From Lytechinus pictus (Eukaryota): DNA of 64,000 nucleotides. This document shows, in pieces, positions 12,295 through 26,534 of the stretch (the first letter of the stretch is position 1; each line of letters opens with the position of its first letter). The notes beneath the pieces are model-generated. The model had not been told where the DNA came from. It saw nothing but the letters and a program-made list of their open reading frames with translations, and ran no database searches. Both the position numbers and the translations under genes were made by a program. Location of the stretch: positions 36,148,001 to 36,212,000 of the forward strand of contig NC_087245.1 in NCBI RefSeq assembly GCF_037042905.1, read 5' to 3'.

Positions 12295-12898
12295 CTGCAG
12301 AATAGAGAAACCATGATAAAAGTGTGGTTAAAATGACGAGGTTGTTGTGATGGTTGTTTCGTTTTAAATAAATGTTATCAATAGCGTAACAGGTGGGGAG
12401 CAGGGGACAGGCTGCCCCCAAGGACCTGGAAAGCGGGTTGTAAAGGACTGGGGAATTTTCGGGAATTTTCAGCTGCTAGGAATTTGGGAATTCTCAATTT
12501 TTTTTTTACACAAACTGAAAAATTGTATTTTTAAATACAAACTTATCATGGACATTCTCATATAATTTATTTTCCATACATACAGTCTACACAAAGAGGT
12601 TTACCCAATATTGAGTAAAATGGGAACATGCACGTTGGTTGGGTAAAAAGATATATTTTGTAAATTTTACGTTGCGTTGAAATATCCCAATATGGGGATA
12701 ACAAGGGCGTCGCTAGGGCGAGCACATAATACGCCCGCCTGTAACGCAGAAAATTGAGTCATTGGTCAAGCAAGAAAAGTGATAGGTGGCGACTCGACCT
12801 TTGACCTTTTCACCTAAAAATCAATAGGCTTCCTGGGATCCATTCTAGTATTATACACACCAAATTAGCTAAAGGACGGAAAGAGCGAGGAAAGATCC

Positions 12899-13804
12899 AG
12901 GCCTGGTCACACCGCCAGAACTTTGCTGGAGCGTTCCTGGAGCGGTGAAAAAAATTCATCACCGCTCATTACCGTTTACCACCGTTTAACAGAAGTTGGC
13001 TCTATTATAAGGCAACGCCGTATACGCTCGGCTACCGCTGATGGTCCCTCCTCCCGCTCCGAAAGTTTAGAGCTACACAAAAAAATTGCGAGCGGTGAGG
13101 AGCGGGCAATTTCAGCTCCGGAAAAGTTCACTACCCCGGGGTTCACCACCGCTCCAACAACGCCCAGTCAAAGTTTGGCATCGCGCGCTAGACGCAAGTT
13201 CGAGGACGCGTGGGTCTGCTAGGCCAACGCAGAAATATCTTGAACGCTGCATGGACCACCGCTGATTCGCCAGCTTTGCCCGGGCGGTGATTAAACGTTG
13301 CAAAAACTTTGGTGAAGCGGTTGTAAGCGTTTTACGAGCGGACACAGGATTGCTTGAACGATGTCGGGCGATCCATCGCGGTGATGAGCTTTGGTTTGGC
13401 GTTGGTATGGAGGTGTCGGAGCGGGACCAGCATTTGGCTATAAATATGGGGAGAAATGGACCAGGAACCCTTTTAGAATCTATTAGAATTTCTATCAGAG
13501 CGAACTGGTCAAATCCAGAGTCAAAAGCGGAATCCCGCTAAACCAACTTTTAATCCCCGCCGTGCCAATGCCCACATGCGCAGAACGCCACTCTATCAAC
13601 ACTTGCGTCACCGCTATACCAACGTTCGCTACCGTTAAACCAACGCTAAAGCCATACCGGCTTCAGCGGCGCAGCGCTCAGGCAACGCCCGTGTTTTCGA
13701 TTTTCCCCCGTTTTTGCGCGGTGACGAGCGTTGTAAAAATTCGGCCCCCTCTCCATACCGTTGAACGAACGCTCCAAAAAAGTTCGGGCGGTGTGACCAA
13801 GCCT
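12899..13804. mobile_element. GC-rich non-autonomous DNA element (Harbinger-like TIRs)
   Basis: AGGCCTGGTCACACCGCCAGAACTTT ... AAAGTTCGGGCGGTGTGACCAAGCCT. No clean TSD. Confidence 0.7.
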
Positions 13805-14616
13805 AAGATACATGAAACGTCTATACAACGCTAGTAGCACGGAAATAGAAAGGATGTAAGCGTACGCATCTCATAAATAAAGTATAAAAAAACGGTAACC
13901 CTTTGGAACTGTCATCCACTTCCATCCGTTTTCACCCGCTAGGTTTTCGATGAATATCCGTTTAGCACCCGCGCAACATAGTACCCACGTCCTTTCTTTT
14001 CCGTTATGTTTTCGTAAATTTTGTCAAATTCTGGAGCGGATGAAGCGGTAGATTAGCGCCCTATTATTCTTCTGCCAGTCAAATATAGTTCCGAACACTT
14101 ATATATTTCTTCCCCATTCGGACAAAGAAAGGTCAGTGATTGCCCTACCTAGAATCAGCGTAAGATGGTAAATCATTATGCATACACCTTTGTCAAACAG
14201 CTATTTTCAAATTAGCGAATTTGGGATTGGGTTGGGTCGAATGAATATCTTTTGCCTTCCTTCCTTTCTGGATGGATAGAGGAGCAACCTCTACCATCAA
14301 AATCATTCAAGCGCCCTATGTATAACAACCATCTTTTCACCTTTCTGCGTTTCTTGATTAATTTTCAATTTAGACATTTTCATTGACGAAAGAGGAGTAG
14401 CTCGATTATCAGGCTGCATTTTCGAGACAATTCTCAATTTTAAATTGTGGCCTCGTTGCATTTATTAGAAAGAATCGCTTTAATTCAAATAAGAAGAAAT
14501 TCGGCGAAACTCTTGAAATATTATTCAAACATCAATATGTGAGCGACATTACAAATGAATCATTTCCATTTGAATGCTCAATTGCTTACAGCTCCATTCA
14601 TATCAGTGTTTTGAAC

Positions 14617-15022
14617 ACGATTGGTCTGCGACCCGATTTCAGAATAAAATGTAGTAGAATTTGATGCTAATATTGAGACTTGGAATATCTTACTGTGTAA
14701 TGTTCTAAATTATCATACGAATACCTATGTTCAAATCTGTGACTATGCTATCATCCTTCTTAGAATAAAAGCGAATTTAATATCTAGTCGTAATGACATG
14801 AATGACGTCATAGCAGTCGTACGATTGGATACGATTTGAAACTAATTTGGCCTTTACTACAAAAAAAGGCTTGCGATCTTTCAAAATGGTTATATTAGTA
14901 TTCTTTCAATTAATTTTAACCTCAAATGAAATGATATGTTCCATTCACATTTTCAGAAAATGAGCAAAATGCGATTTGTTCCAAAATCGGATCGCGAACA
15001 GTCGTAAGGTGTGCGGTGGCCT
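14617..15022. mobile_element. Second, uninterrupted copy of the host MITE (left TIR missing)
   Basis: Near-identical to 8948-9023 joined to 10202-10525. Ends TCGTAAGGTGTGCGGTGGCCT|TTA. Confidence 0.85.
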
Positions 15023-15164
15023 TTAGGTACGTGGGACAAAATGATTTGGCGACAGGGGCAGTAGACCTATTAAAGGGTTTCAAAGTTCATTACTTTGATT
15101 ATTTCTTTTTAATGTAAAGGACAATTTTTCAAAAATCACTTTTTTTATAACAGTGGTATACAAT

Positions 15165-16260
<1,096 letters not shown>

Positions 16261-17124
16261 CTAGTACTACAGTAGAAAGGGTTTAAGCATTATTGTTGCG
16301 GTGACATCAGGCCTGTCAGGAGCGGTAGTAGACGGTATAAAAAACATAGTGTAGGTGAAAAATAGAATATAAGATGGGGGTCGGGTGTCTGGTTTTGAAT
16401 ATGAATATTATATGAATTCAACAGTTGTAATCTTCTTTAATTGTGTTCTATTTGATATTGCCAAACATTTTGTACTAAAAATTGTTGAGACTTTGGTTGA
16501 TGACTTTTACAAATGGCTGTTTAAAATCGACTTTCCGAACATACATCTGGGTATATATTTGGAGGTAGAAAATAAATCGAAGCTGTCAACTCAGTTCAGT
16601 AGTAATGTCAGCTTTCCTTTTATAATAATTTTGAGGTAGTGTGCGATAGAGGTTTAATTTGTCAATAAAACGGTCAATGCTACATTCTAGCATTATGACG
16701 GACATAAAGAAATGATTTTTATTAACCTTGCAAATAAAAAACCTACCTTCTCATCCAGAAATAATGAATAAAAATCGTTATGATGATGTGTTTATTATTT
16801 ACCTTAAAAACATGCTGTTTTCCCTCTTTCTGAAACAGCGAACGAATCGAAGTGTCCTAATAAAGACGTGCGATAAACTAAGTTCCATAAAAAAAAAAAA
16901 GGGCCCAAGCCCGGCCGTATGTGCGGAAGTTCATTTAAATGAGAATGAAACATTAGCATTGCTTGTCCATAATTATACAAAAAGTAAACAAACAGGTGCG
17001 CCGTGGCCATTCCCTTAAATACCGCACCCCGATTGGATGAAAGTTTTCACTCTACGCAGGCGTCATTGTGATGTCACGTCAGATAGTTCGTTGACTTCTC
17101 GGATTGACCTATTTCTGGTGACTG

Positions 17125-17295
17125 GGTGGTGTTTCATAAAGCTGTTCGTAAAGTTACGCACATCTTTACGCACGACTGGAACCTGTTCTGAGGTGCTAAA
17201 TCAGTTACATAGGGAGATCATTTAGCACAAGAAAGGGTCACCAGTCGTGCGTTAAGTCATTCGTATCTTACGACCAGCTTTATGAAACGGGCCCC
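17125..17295. mobile_element. MITE, TTTCATAAAGCTGTTCGTAA family
   Basis: Inverted ends. Related copies at 42640-42794 and 54369-54528. Confidence 0.75.
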
Positions 17296-17572
17296 ATGCA
17301 GGGGCCCTACATTAAAGGCGCATAAGCATTGCTGGACATCTTCAACCGTCTTGTCTAACGAAATTCCGGTTTTATTTTTCCAATCACTAAAATTTATTTT
17401 GTATATTATGATGGTGAAGATGGATTAAAGAGGAAGGGGAGGTGAACAGATATAATGTATCACGTTTTACTAAAAAAAATCTTTAAAAAAATGCAAACAA
17501 ACAAAAAACTAAGATTGTGAGTATCAGGACAATAATTATTTGGGAATTTATTTTCCCTTCCCCGAGACCTAA

Positions 17573-17790
17573 GCGGTGTTGCAAGAAAATATTTGCGATC
17601 AATTGCAAATATTCTGTTGCAATTTTACAACTGATAGATCAATGTTAGCTGAAGCAAATCAGATTAAACTTCTTGTTTCAAGGAGCAGATTAGCAATCAA
17701 TCACTAATTTGCAATTAACTACAAGTCATAAAATTGATTTAGGGATCAAAAATAGACTTGCAATTGATCGCATGTTTCTTGCAACACCCC
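17573..17790. mobile_element. MITE with GGTGTTGCAAGAAA TIR
   Basis: GCGGTGTTGCAAGAAA ... TTTCTTGCAACACCCC. Confidence 0.65.
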
Positions 17791-18090
17791 ATTAAGAGCT
17801 GAAGGTGCCGATAGTGTCTATTTTTTTAAAAGGAAACCAAAACCAAAGGAGAGAATCAATCTTTGAAGAAAGAGTAAAATGAGGAGAGCAATATCAAAGA
17901 AGTTTTTATATCAAAATGGTTTATGAAGTAACAGAGTTGCGGAAGTGAGTAATTTCAATGGGTGTCCTTAAATTGGCAACCATGCTAAAAAAAATTGCAA
18001 ATTTTGTGGACAAATCTCCATTTGCTTTTTACGCATATTTTAAGATTTCCCCCCATTCTTACATCTTTTCTTGCTTTTGAGCTCAAAATA

Positions 18091-18301
18091 CACTGCAAAA
18101 ACTCCGGTGTTGATTAACACCAGCCCAGAATCTATATCCGTCCACATTAGAGAATTATTGCTGTTTTAATACTAATTGGTGTTGTATAAACACTTATCTG
18201 GTGTTAGACCAAAACGAAACTGGTGTTGTTTATTACTTCTCTGGTGTGGACAGATATAGATTCCGGGCTGGTGTTAAATCAACACCGGAGTTTTTGCAGT
18301 G
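18091..18301. mobile_element. CACTG-ended MITE, TA TSD
   Basis: TA|CACTGCAAAAACTCCGGTGTTGAT ... ATCAACACCGGAGTTTTTGCAGTG|TA. Paralogue at 63243-63490. Confidence 0.85.
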
Positions 18302-18982
18302 TATTATGTCATAAGAAATATAATTTACACCACAGATGTCAAGGTCAGGGGGAGTATTGCACTTGAGTAATCTACTGAGTGGATTTGGCGCTTGATTTAG
18401 TCACATAATCATAAATACTTTGCCAATTTAAGCGGGTAAGGATCCCTATGGATAATGTCAGAAAGACTTCAGATAATTTCAATAACTCTTATTTTATAAC
18501 TATATTTTTATGAAACTTTTTGCTTTGCTCCCCGCCTCATTTAACTCTTTCCTATAAGATTCTTTTCACAAGTTTCAACACGTTGGAATTGTGTGAAATA
18601 GTTTGTTTTTCTTTTTTTTTTCAGAATAAATGGCTTCAGTCTATACACAAATCACGTTTTAATTGGAGCAATTTTGGGTCCATCAACCTCGACCTTTTTT
18701 GGCCATCATTTCGCCTCACGATTTTTTTTTTTTTACCGGCCGAATTTTGACGTCTTGCGAATATGTATTAAAACCAAATTTGCCCGGTTACGCGGTTGCG
18801 AAATTACGCAACATTCGCAACCGCGATCCTGAGTAAATTTTGGTCTTGAACAAATGCGCATTCAGTGTAGACATGTAGACAGATACTAGATATAGGTAGT
18901 AACTATCAAAATGGAAATAAATTCAAAATAATAATTTGCAAATTTAACAAGTTATGATAAAGAGTATACACATACGACCTAC

Positions 18983-19052
18983 CTGTTTTGCAGAAGAAAC
19001 ATAGAGTCAATGGCAGGCCAACTGCCAAGAATAACTTCTTCATTCTCTTCAT
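18983..19052 (-). CDS. SMB-SRCR receptor probable exon 1: signal peptide
   Basis: ATG at 19052. MKRMKKLFLAVGLPLTLCFFCKT has a basic N-region and hydrophobic core. Donor CAG|gtaggt in phase 1 fits the SMB exon. The link across the 6.7-kb intron is inferred. Confidence 0.6.
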
Positions 19053-19263
19053 TTTGCTTCCAAAATAACTGATTCTATTTGAGAAAGTCAATTAGCACCT
19101 TTTCTAAACTACATGCAACCTTAATTCACTTTCTCTTTGCTGAGTAGTTGTGACATGAAATACCTCTCATCCTCAAACCCTTAGTTTTCTCTCCTTTTCT
19201 TTCAGAATCGTACTTCCGGTATGCTACATGCAACTGCATAGGAAATCCTGAAAATTTGTACTA

Positions 19264-20250
19264 CAGTGCGTATAAAAAAAAGTTTACACTTTGAAAAAGC
19301 CCTGGGAATTAAAAAATATACAACATGTTGGTAATTTTTTCACATATATTCTTGGGTTTGGGTCTCATCTATCCAATGGAAGTAAAAGTTTTGACAAAAT
19401 GTTACACTTGAGTGAGCACTGTCCAATTTTGTAAAGCTCGCAGAAATCTGTTTGCGCAGAAATGATCGTTTTCACGCTGTGTCAGGGGAAAGGGCGAAAT
19501 CAAACTTACCCTGCGAAACATTTCTTATACATTTCCCTTGCACTTTAAGACAATTGAAATAAAACGAATACATTGAAGCATTTTGTAACAATTTTGCCTC
19601 CCAAACTGAAAATTTCAACACTCAGTAAGCACAACCTTTACCCTTTTTGTGCCAGCAGGATCTGTGGACATAACTGAATCTGAACAAAAGTTTATATCAG
19701 ACATCTCCAGCATTTTTCACTAAAATTTTATCATTTAAAGTGGTTTTACATTTAATTTTTCATTTAATACTCGTTTCTCAACACCTTTCTCAAGCTTGAC
19801 AATGATTAACAAAATGAAAATCAAGCCTACGCCATTTCATGTAAATCGCAGCTCAGTGTAAAGCAAATATCGTCACGATGGCCTCGGTGTGTGGAGGAGC
19901 GGGGTGGGGTGCAATGCACTCTCTGAAGTGTTTTGGGCAAGGAAACAATTTAAAAAGGTAAAAGATATATTCAAATCAATTTTACTAGCTAAATTCCAAG
20001 TGTTCTTCATGATTAAGGTCTACTTTTATTCGCATAACTATTTCAAAGTTCTGCGCAAATCATTTTTCACTAACTTTTCAAAAGTAAGTGGTGCTCACTC
20101 AAGCGGAAATATTTTTCGACAGTTATAATTATCGTCATTTGCTTAAATGGATCTGTACCAATGTTAAAACGTGGAAAAATCACCAGGATATTACCAATGT
20201 ATAATTTTACAGGATTTTTTCTAAGTGTAAACTTTTTTTAATACGCTCTG
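19264..20250. mobile_element. Non-autonomous Tc1/mariner-like element
   Basis: TA|CAGTGCGTATAAAAAAAAGTTTACACTT ... AAGTGTAAACTTTTTTTAATACGCTCTG|TA. No transposase ORF. Confidence 0.8.
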
Positions 20251-21096
20251 TATAGTGTATGTTACATGTACAGTATATTGGACTGCCCGTTCAGAGCAAT
20301 ATTCAGATAGATTTATAATGGGCAAATTCAGGTACAAGGATATATTGTTACCTATATTACTTCCACATCCTATAAAATTGAGAATTCCCAACTATTGTTA
20401 AACAAAATGTGTAGCGCTACTACCTTTTCTAAACTACAGGCAACCTTAATTCACTTTCTCTTTGCTGAGTAGTTGTGTCATGAAATACCTCTAATCCTCA
20501 AACCCTTAGTTTTCTCTCTTTTTTAAACAATGTTAAGTTATTCCTGCAGCCCTATTCCTGCTAATACAATGCATCTCAGAAAAACACAAAAAATATTGAT
20601 TTTTTTTGCCAATTAAATACATTTAACATTTGTAACCATAAGGAATGGGTGATAGGTCCCTATAATTCATTGTCATACTTGTGTCATTTAATGCGAGTCG
20701 GTATGATGCAAAATATGAGAAATAATTAAGAGAACAGGTTCAAAATGAGTATCACCGGTTTGTAGCCGTTTCATGTATCAAAGCCTGTATACGCTCTAAC
20801 TTGCAGGGATTTGAAATAAATCCAGGTGAATTGTAATTATAGGGACCAATCGAATTCTGGATTTAATTTTAATCCTTAAGATTCATTCTTAAATCTCAAA
20901 GAATTTAAATTCAAATTCCTCCAGATTTAAAAAGAAATTCATGGGATTAAAACTACATCCAGAATTCAATTTTCCCTAACTATACTGTACAGTCTGATTG
21001 ATTTCTGGATTTTGTTAGAATCCTAAAGGTTCATTCTTAAGAATCTCGAAGAATTGAATTCAACTTTCTCCAGATTTAAAATCAATTAGGATTAAA

Positions 21097-22250
21097 ACAA
21101 GTGGAGCGCCTCTGGCAGTCTCACCTGCATCACGCGATACAATATAGCAGCAGTGCTGAATTTCAAAACTATACTATAAAATAATTATTCACAAAAAACA
21201 TATAACTCGGACACAATAATACGTTCATTGACAGTAAATGACATTTGACCTTGATCATGCGACCTAAGACTTGTCAGTGATATTTGATTTACCCCTATAT
21301 CTACATTTTAGAAACTATATCTATAAACTTTGAAAGTTATGACAGCAATCTAATTACCTCCAAAATGGCCAAAGTTCAATGACCTTATATTTTAAATAAC
21401 CTTAGACTTTGATCATGTGACCTGAAACTAGCATGAGATGTTCAGTGATACTTGATTACTCTTGTGTCCAAGTCTTATGAACTAGATCCATACACTTTTA
21501 GAGTTATGATGGTTATTCAACAAATACCCCAAACATGGCCAAAGTCCATTGACCTTTGATTTTGGTCATGTGACCTGAAACTCGCAAAGGATGTTCAGTG
21601 ATTCTTGATTACTCTTATGTCCAAGTTTCATGAACTAGGTCCATAATATTTCAAATGTATGATGGTAATTCAACAGATAGCCCCAACTTGGCCAAAGTTC
21701 ATTGACCCTAAATGATCTTTGACCTTGGTCATGTGACCTGAAATTCGCACAGGATGTTTAGTGATACTTGATCAATCTTATGTCCATGTTTTATGATCTA
21801 GACCAATAAACTTTCAAAGTTATGATGGTAATTCAACAAATACCCCCAACTTGGCCAAAGTTCATTGACCATAAATGACATTTGACATTGGTCATGTGAC
21901 TTGAAACTCAGGTAGGATGTTCAGTGATAATTGATTACGCTTATGTTCAAGTTTCATGAATCATATGCTTTCAAAGGTATGATGGTAATTCAACAGATAC
22001 CGGCAAACTTGGCCAAAGTTCATTGACCCTAAATGACCTTTGACCTTAGTCATGTGACCTGAAACTCGGACATTATATTTAGTAATACTTGATTAATCTT
22101 ATGGTCCAGTTTCATGAACTAGGTCCATATACTTTCTAAGTTATGCTGTCATTTCAAAATTTAACATTCTGTTAAGATTTAGTGTTGACGCCGCCGCCGC
22201 CGTCGGAAAAGCGGCGCCTATAGTTTCACTTTGCTATGCAGGTGAGACAA
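21097..22250 (-). mobile_element. Helentron-associated (HINE/DINE-like) non-autonomous element with ~160-bp internal tandem repeats
   Basis: Subterminal IRs GTCTCACCTGC / GCAGGTGAGAC, a short GCC-AGA-GGC hairpin at one end, (GCC)n near the other, A/T-run flanks, and about 5-6 units containing GGCCAAAGTTCATTGACC...GTCATGTGACC. Confidence 0.65.
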
Positions 22251-24327
22251 AAACGGGAAAAGGGATATGAAGAGAAAAAAAAAGAAATTAAGAGATGGCA
22301 AAATAAAACGGAAATTTATGGCGGGAAAGGGAAGAAAAGGCAACCAAAAGAAACGGGATATGGGTAGAATGGAATGAGCGAAAATGCTAACATAAAATCT
22401 AATTCGAAAAAAAAATAAAAAAAGGGGGAATTGACTGAAGAAATCACGAACGCGATCGGGCTGCCGGGGATGAATGATAATGAAGAAAAAATCGGATGGT
22501 GTATACTTTGTATGAAGTCTATAGTACCTTGCTAAATTTCATGCAATAATGGTCGCAATCAGGACAAAAATATCATGAACTTCAAGAGGTTCCGGAGGTA
22601 TACCGCCCAAGCATTGCCGATGTCCCTAGCCAAGGGATAGACATGCCCTTTCAATTACATAATTAGAATTTCATGTTCATATGAGGCCAGAAATTTCCTC
22701 ACTCGCTTCGCTCTCTCGGGACGTTTTAGAAATCTGCCCACTTTCCCATATTTTAGACCTACCACCTCAAAATGTTTGGTTTATAATGTGTTTTGTAAAA
22801 CAAATCCGTGGTTTGATTTTCAGGTTTAAAATGGCTGAGTTTTTGTAAGGTTTCGTGGGCTTCGCCCCCGGACTCAATCCACATTGCATTGATGTACAAA
22901 TGGAAGGCTTTTGGGGCATATGGCCCCCCAAAATTCTACGACCAAGAACAAAAAATAATAATAAAAGAAGGAAAGAAAGAAAAGGGCGGGGAAAAGTGTA
23001 ATATATAATGTTATTTTCTGAATATAATGTCAAAATCTATCACTAAGTAAGATTGTAATGAAAAGGTGAGAAAAAAGTCTCGCTTCGCTCACTCGGGACC
23101 TTAAAAAAACTTTTGCCACCATGCTTGATGTGCCCCCACATTCAAGAAAAATCCTGTTCACGACTAAGCATAAAAAGAGAGGAAAGCAAAGCAAAGCAAA
23201 GATAGAAGGTGAAATACGATATCGTTTTCTAAATATTATGTCAAAATCTGTCACAAAATTTGATTTTTACAATTGGTAACAAGGTTGAAGAAATGTCATT
23301 ACACCACATATTGTTGTCTATATGTAGAATAAGTCTTAAACCAAGAAATAACAACAATGCAGGATTCCATATGAATTATGCATTTTAATCAAAATTTTGT
23401 GATCTAGCATATCAAATACTTTTGATAGATTAGTGCTCCTGTTAGGCCTTCATGTTAGTGACTATGGCATAAGCTATTTTCTCATATAATTGTACATTAA
23501 AGCAAGGTCGGTTGAATGACTTAAAAAAAAACATATTGATTTGAATTTAAAATATTGAAGGGCAAAATTTGTATAGTCTCTTGGAAATAATCCTTTTCAA
23601 GGATTTTGATATACAAGGGAGAATTGATTTAGGTCTATAATAACTTATTTCGCGGACTTTTTTTTTTTAATTGAGTTTACTTTTGCAGTTTTAAGGGACT
23701 CTGGACATTTCCCAGTATTAATATGATTGAAAATCTAAGTCAGATGGGATGCAATAAGACATGTAAGTTTAATGAGTAAATATTAATCCCGGTATTAATC
23801 CTATCGTGGGGCCCCTACTGGGATTTACTTGACTTAAGAATGTTGGTTATTTTAGTTATTTCATTAGGACTAGTGGGATTCAAAACTAGTGATGAAGTTA
23901 CAGGTTCCGGTACAAACTTAGTAAAGCTTTCTTCTTCTTCTTCTTATGTTGGTGTGAGTGGCGATTAGTCATATTTGACTATTTTCATTTGGCAGTTTGC
24001 TTGTTTTTCTTCAAAGCTACCATACTTTGTATCTCAAGATGGCATCCTCCTGTGCGTACGTCGTGTGGAGAAGGCATGGCATGTTTTTTAAAAGACTGAG
24101 CATTTTGCAGGGGAAATTAACCAATTTTAGTCAGGAATTTTGGTGACTCACATTCTGCCAATAATATCAAAGATTTGATCGGTCATGAAGGAAATGTCGG
24201 AAAGGATGTGGAAGCAAAAGTAAGTAAACAAGAAGCAATTGCGTCAAGCCAGGCCAGGGCAACATGGCCATGGGCAAGGCAGCTCGAGGCGAGCTAGACA
24301 ACCGGGAGCCCAGGGCGTGTATTGGGC

Positions 24328-24655
24328 TAGTCCAGATTGGACCTTGTTGTTTGGAAGTGCCTTTTCCCAAAGCTAACATAGAGGGCACATGTCTCCCAAT
24401 CTCTAATCAGCGCCAATCCACTCATCTTCCTCGGAGGGAAGATGAGTGGATTGGCGCTGATTAGGAGGAAGATGAGTGGATTGGCGCTGATTAGAGATTG
24501 GGAGACATGTGCCAATCTCTAATCAGCGCCAATCCACTCATCTTCCTCGGAGGGAAGATGAGTGGATTGGCGCTGATTAGAGATTGGGAGACATGTGCCC
24601 TCTATGTTAGCTTTGGGAAAAGGCACTTCCAAACAACAAGGTCCAATCTGGACTA
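24328..24655. mobile_element. Near-perfect palindromic element with a re-duplicated hairpin core
   Basis: TAGTCCAGATTGGACC...GGTCCAATCTGGACTA. Flanks GTATTGGGC / GTAATTGGGC resemble a ~9-bp TSD. Confidence 0.8.
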
Positions 24656-24734
24656 GTAATTGGGCCGGCATAGACACGGGACTAGGGTAATTTATGGTCA
24701 AAATATTTATAAAACTGAATTGTGAAAACAGAAA

Positions 24735-25415
24735 TAGGGTGTCTGGAGAAAAATATTATTTTTCTTATTTCAAGAAAATATCACATTTTCTTTGTGAATT
24801 TGAAGAGAAATGACCTTCAGACTGACAGAAATGTAACATTTTTGAAAAAAATCCGATTATTGGCTGCAAAAGAGAAGAATGAAATTAGGTCAATTTTCAG
24901 CATTTTTCTGCCATAGACTGTGTAGTTAAGAAATGGACACACACAAATCCAAATTTTTAGCTTCCGAGAGCTGTTATAAATTCATTATTAATGCCAAAAA
25001 CTTGTCCATAAAGAGTCCAATAGGATTTTTTATGCTCTTTCTGATGGTATGATTTTTATAAAGATTTGGAAACCAGATCACAATGAAAAATTGCGACAAA
25101 GTGAAAAAATTGTGCAAAACAGAAATTTCATTTTCCCATAGAAAACGCATGGGGAAATGGCAATCTCAACACACACAAAAATAAGGGTTTGCAATTTACC
25201 TCTAAATCCTTATTTAAAATGATCATATAAACTTGTCCTTACTGTCAAAAGAAGCCCCTGAATATTCTCTTTCCAAACATGCCAAACACAAGTTAATAAT
25301 CAATTCAGATCACGTTTTTCTAGTAGCCTGAACTTCCCGAAAAAAATGTGCCACATTTTTCCCTAAATCAGCCTGTCTTATGCTGACACTTTTCAGTGTG
25401 GCTTCAGACACCCTA
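24735..25415. mobile_element. Nested non-autonomous DNA element
   Basis: TAGGGTGTCTG ... CAGACACCCTA termini, CAGAAA on both flanks, interrupts the foldback arm. Confidence 0.65.
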
Positions 25416-26373
25416 AGTCAGAAATTATGCACGTACCACGATTATATGGATGAAGGTCTAACGTGTGGCAGTATCCTGACATCGAAGCACAGACTGGAAC
25501 CTCGGTCAAAGTAAAAAAAACGAAAAGTTCTGTCGCGGTAGCTCTCCTTTCAGTTTCAAAATTCAAAACAAAATGGCCGATCGAGACCGAGCGCTATAGC
25601 ACTAGCACATATATAGACTTGGTCAAATTTGCGCATGCGCCCTACACCCTCGGTACCGGTCTCGATCGGCCATTTTGCTATAAATTCTGAAAGAAGGAGA
25701 GCTACCGCGACAGAACTTTTCGTTTTTTTGGAGGTTCCAGTCTGTGACTGTGCTTCGATGTCAGGATACTGCCACACGTTAGACCTTAATCCATATAATC
25801 GTGGTAAGTGCATTATTTCTGTTTTCACAATTCAGTTTTATAAATATTTTGAACGTAAATTACCCTAGTACCGTGTCTATGGCCAAATACACGGTAAGCC
25901 CCTGGGCTCCCGCTCGGGAGCTCCCTGGGTTAGACAGCTGGCAGCCGTCTGTTTCGAGGAGTTTTTAAACTTTTTTTTTTTTTCTCCTCGTACATAGCCT
26001 GGAGGCTTCTGGGGAGTAAAATTATTTTTACTATACTTAGGCTTACTCTCCATGAAGCCTGGGACGGCAGGGCATAGGGCTACACGCACCAAGTATTTTG
26101 GAGACAACAATGTTGCTAAAAAATACTTGATTTGTTTAACTTACTTATCACACAATTTTGTAAATGGGAAAGAAGTTCATTTCCCCCCATTAGGCACTTA
26201 TAACCTTATTGTTACACGAAAAATGATACAAAAATTGAGAAAAATCTTGTAAGAAGATGAGCAGATACTCACAGATGATCTTGTCGCCATATTTCCGTCT
26301 TTGTTTCGTAGCCTAGTTACAAGAAGCGTATAAGAGAGGGCGACGATATCATGAGCAGTGCCAATTTAAATTT

Positions 26374-26531
26374 AAAAAAAAATACTTCAAGTTCAATCGT
26401 CCGATGAATATCATGAATTGTAAAATATTTGCATTAGCTAATAAATACTATATCTTACAATATTTATTAGCTAATGCAAATATTTTACAATTCATGATAT
26501 TTATCGGCCGATTGAAGTATTTTTTTTTTTT
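26374..26531. repeat. AT-rich hairpin (inverted repeat)
   Basis: ATATCATGAATTGTAAAATATTTGCATTAGCTAATAAATA and its reverse complement around a short loop. Confidence 0.85.
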
Positions 26532-26534
26532 AGG

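Larger units (their letters stand above)
24303..25912. mobile_element. Foldback element with long inverted arms and two nested insertions in the left arm
   Basis: Left-arm pieces 24303-24327, 24665-24734 and 25420-25600 are reverse complements of 25650-25912. Confidence 0.75.

Noticed and set aside
12450..12495. Tandem NF-kB-like GGGAATTTTC sites in receptor intron 1
   Set aside because: Imperfect consensus and adjacent to transposon-end-like sequence. No evidence of function.
21300..22140. CRISPR-like periodicity
   Set aside because: Whole ~160-bp units are homologous with no unique spacers, the context is eukaryotic, and there are no cas genes.
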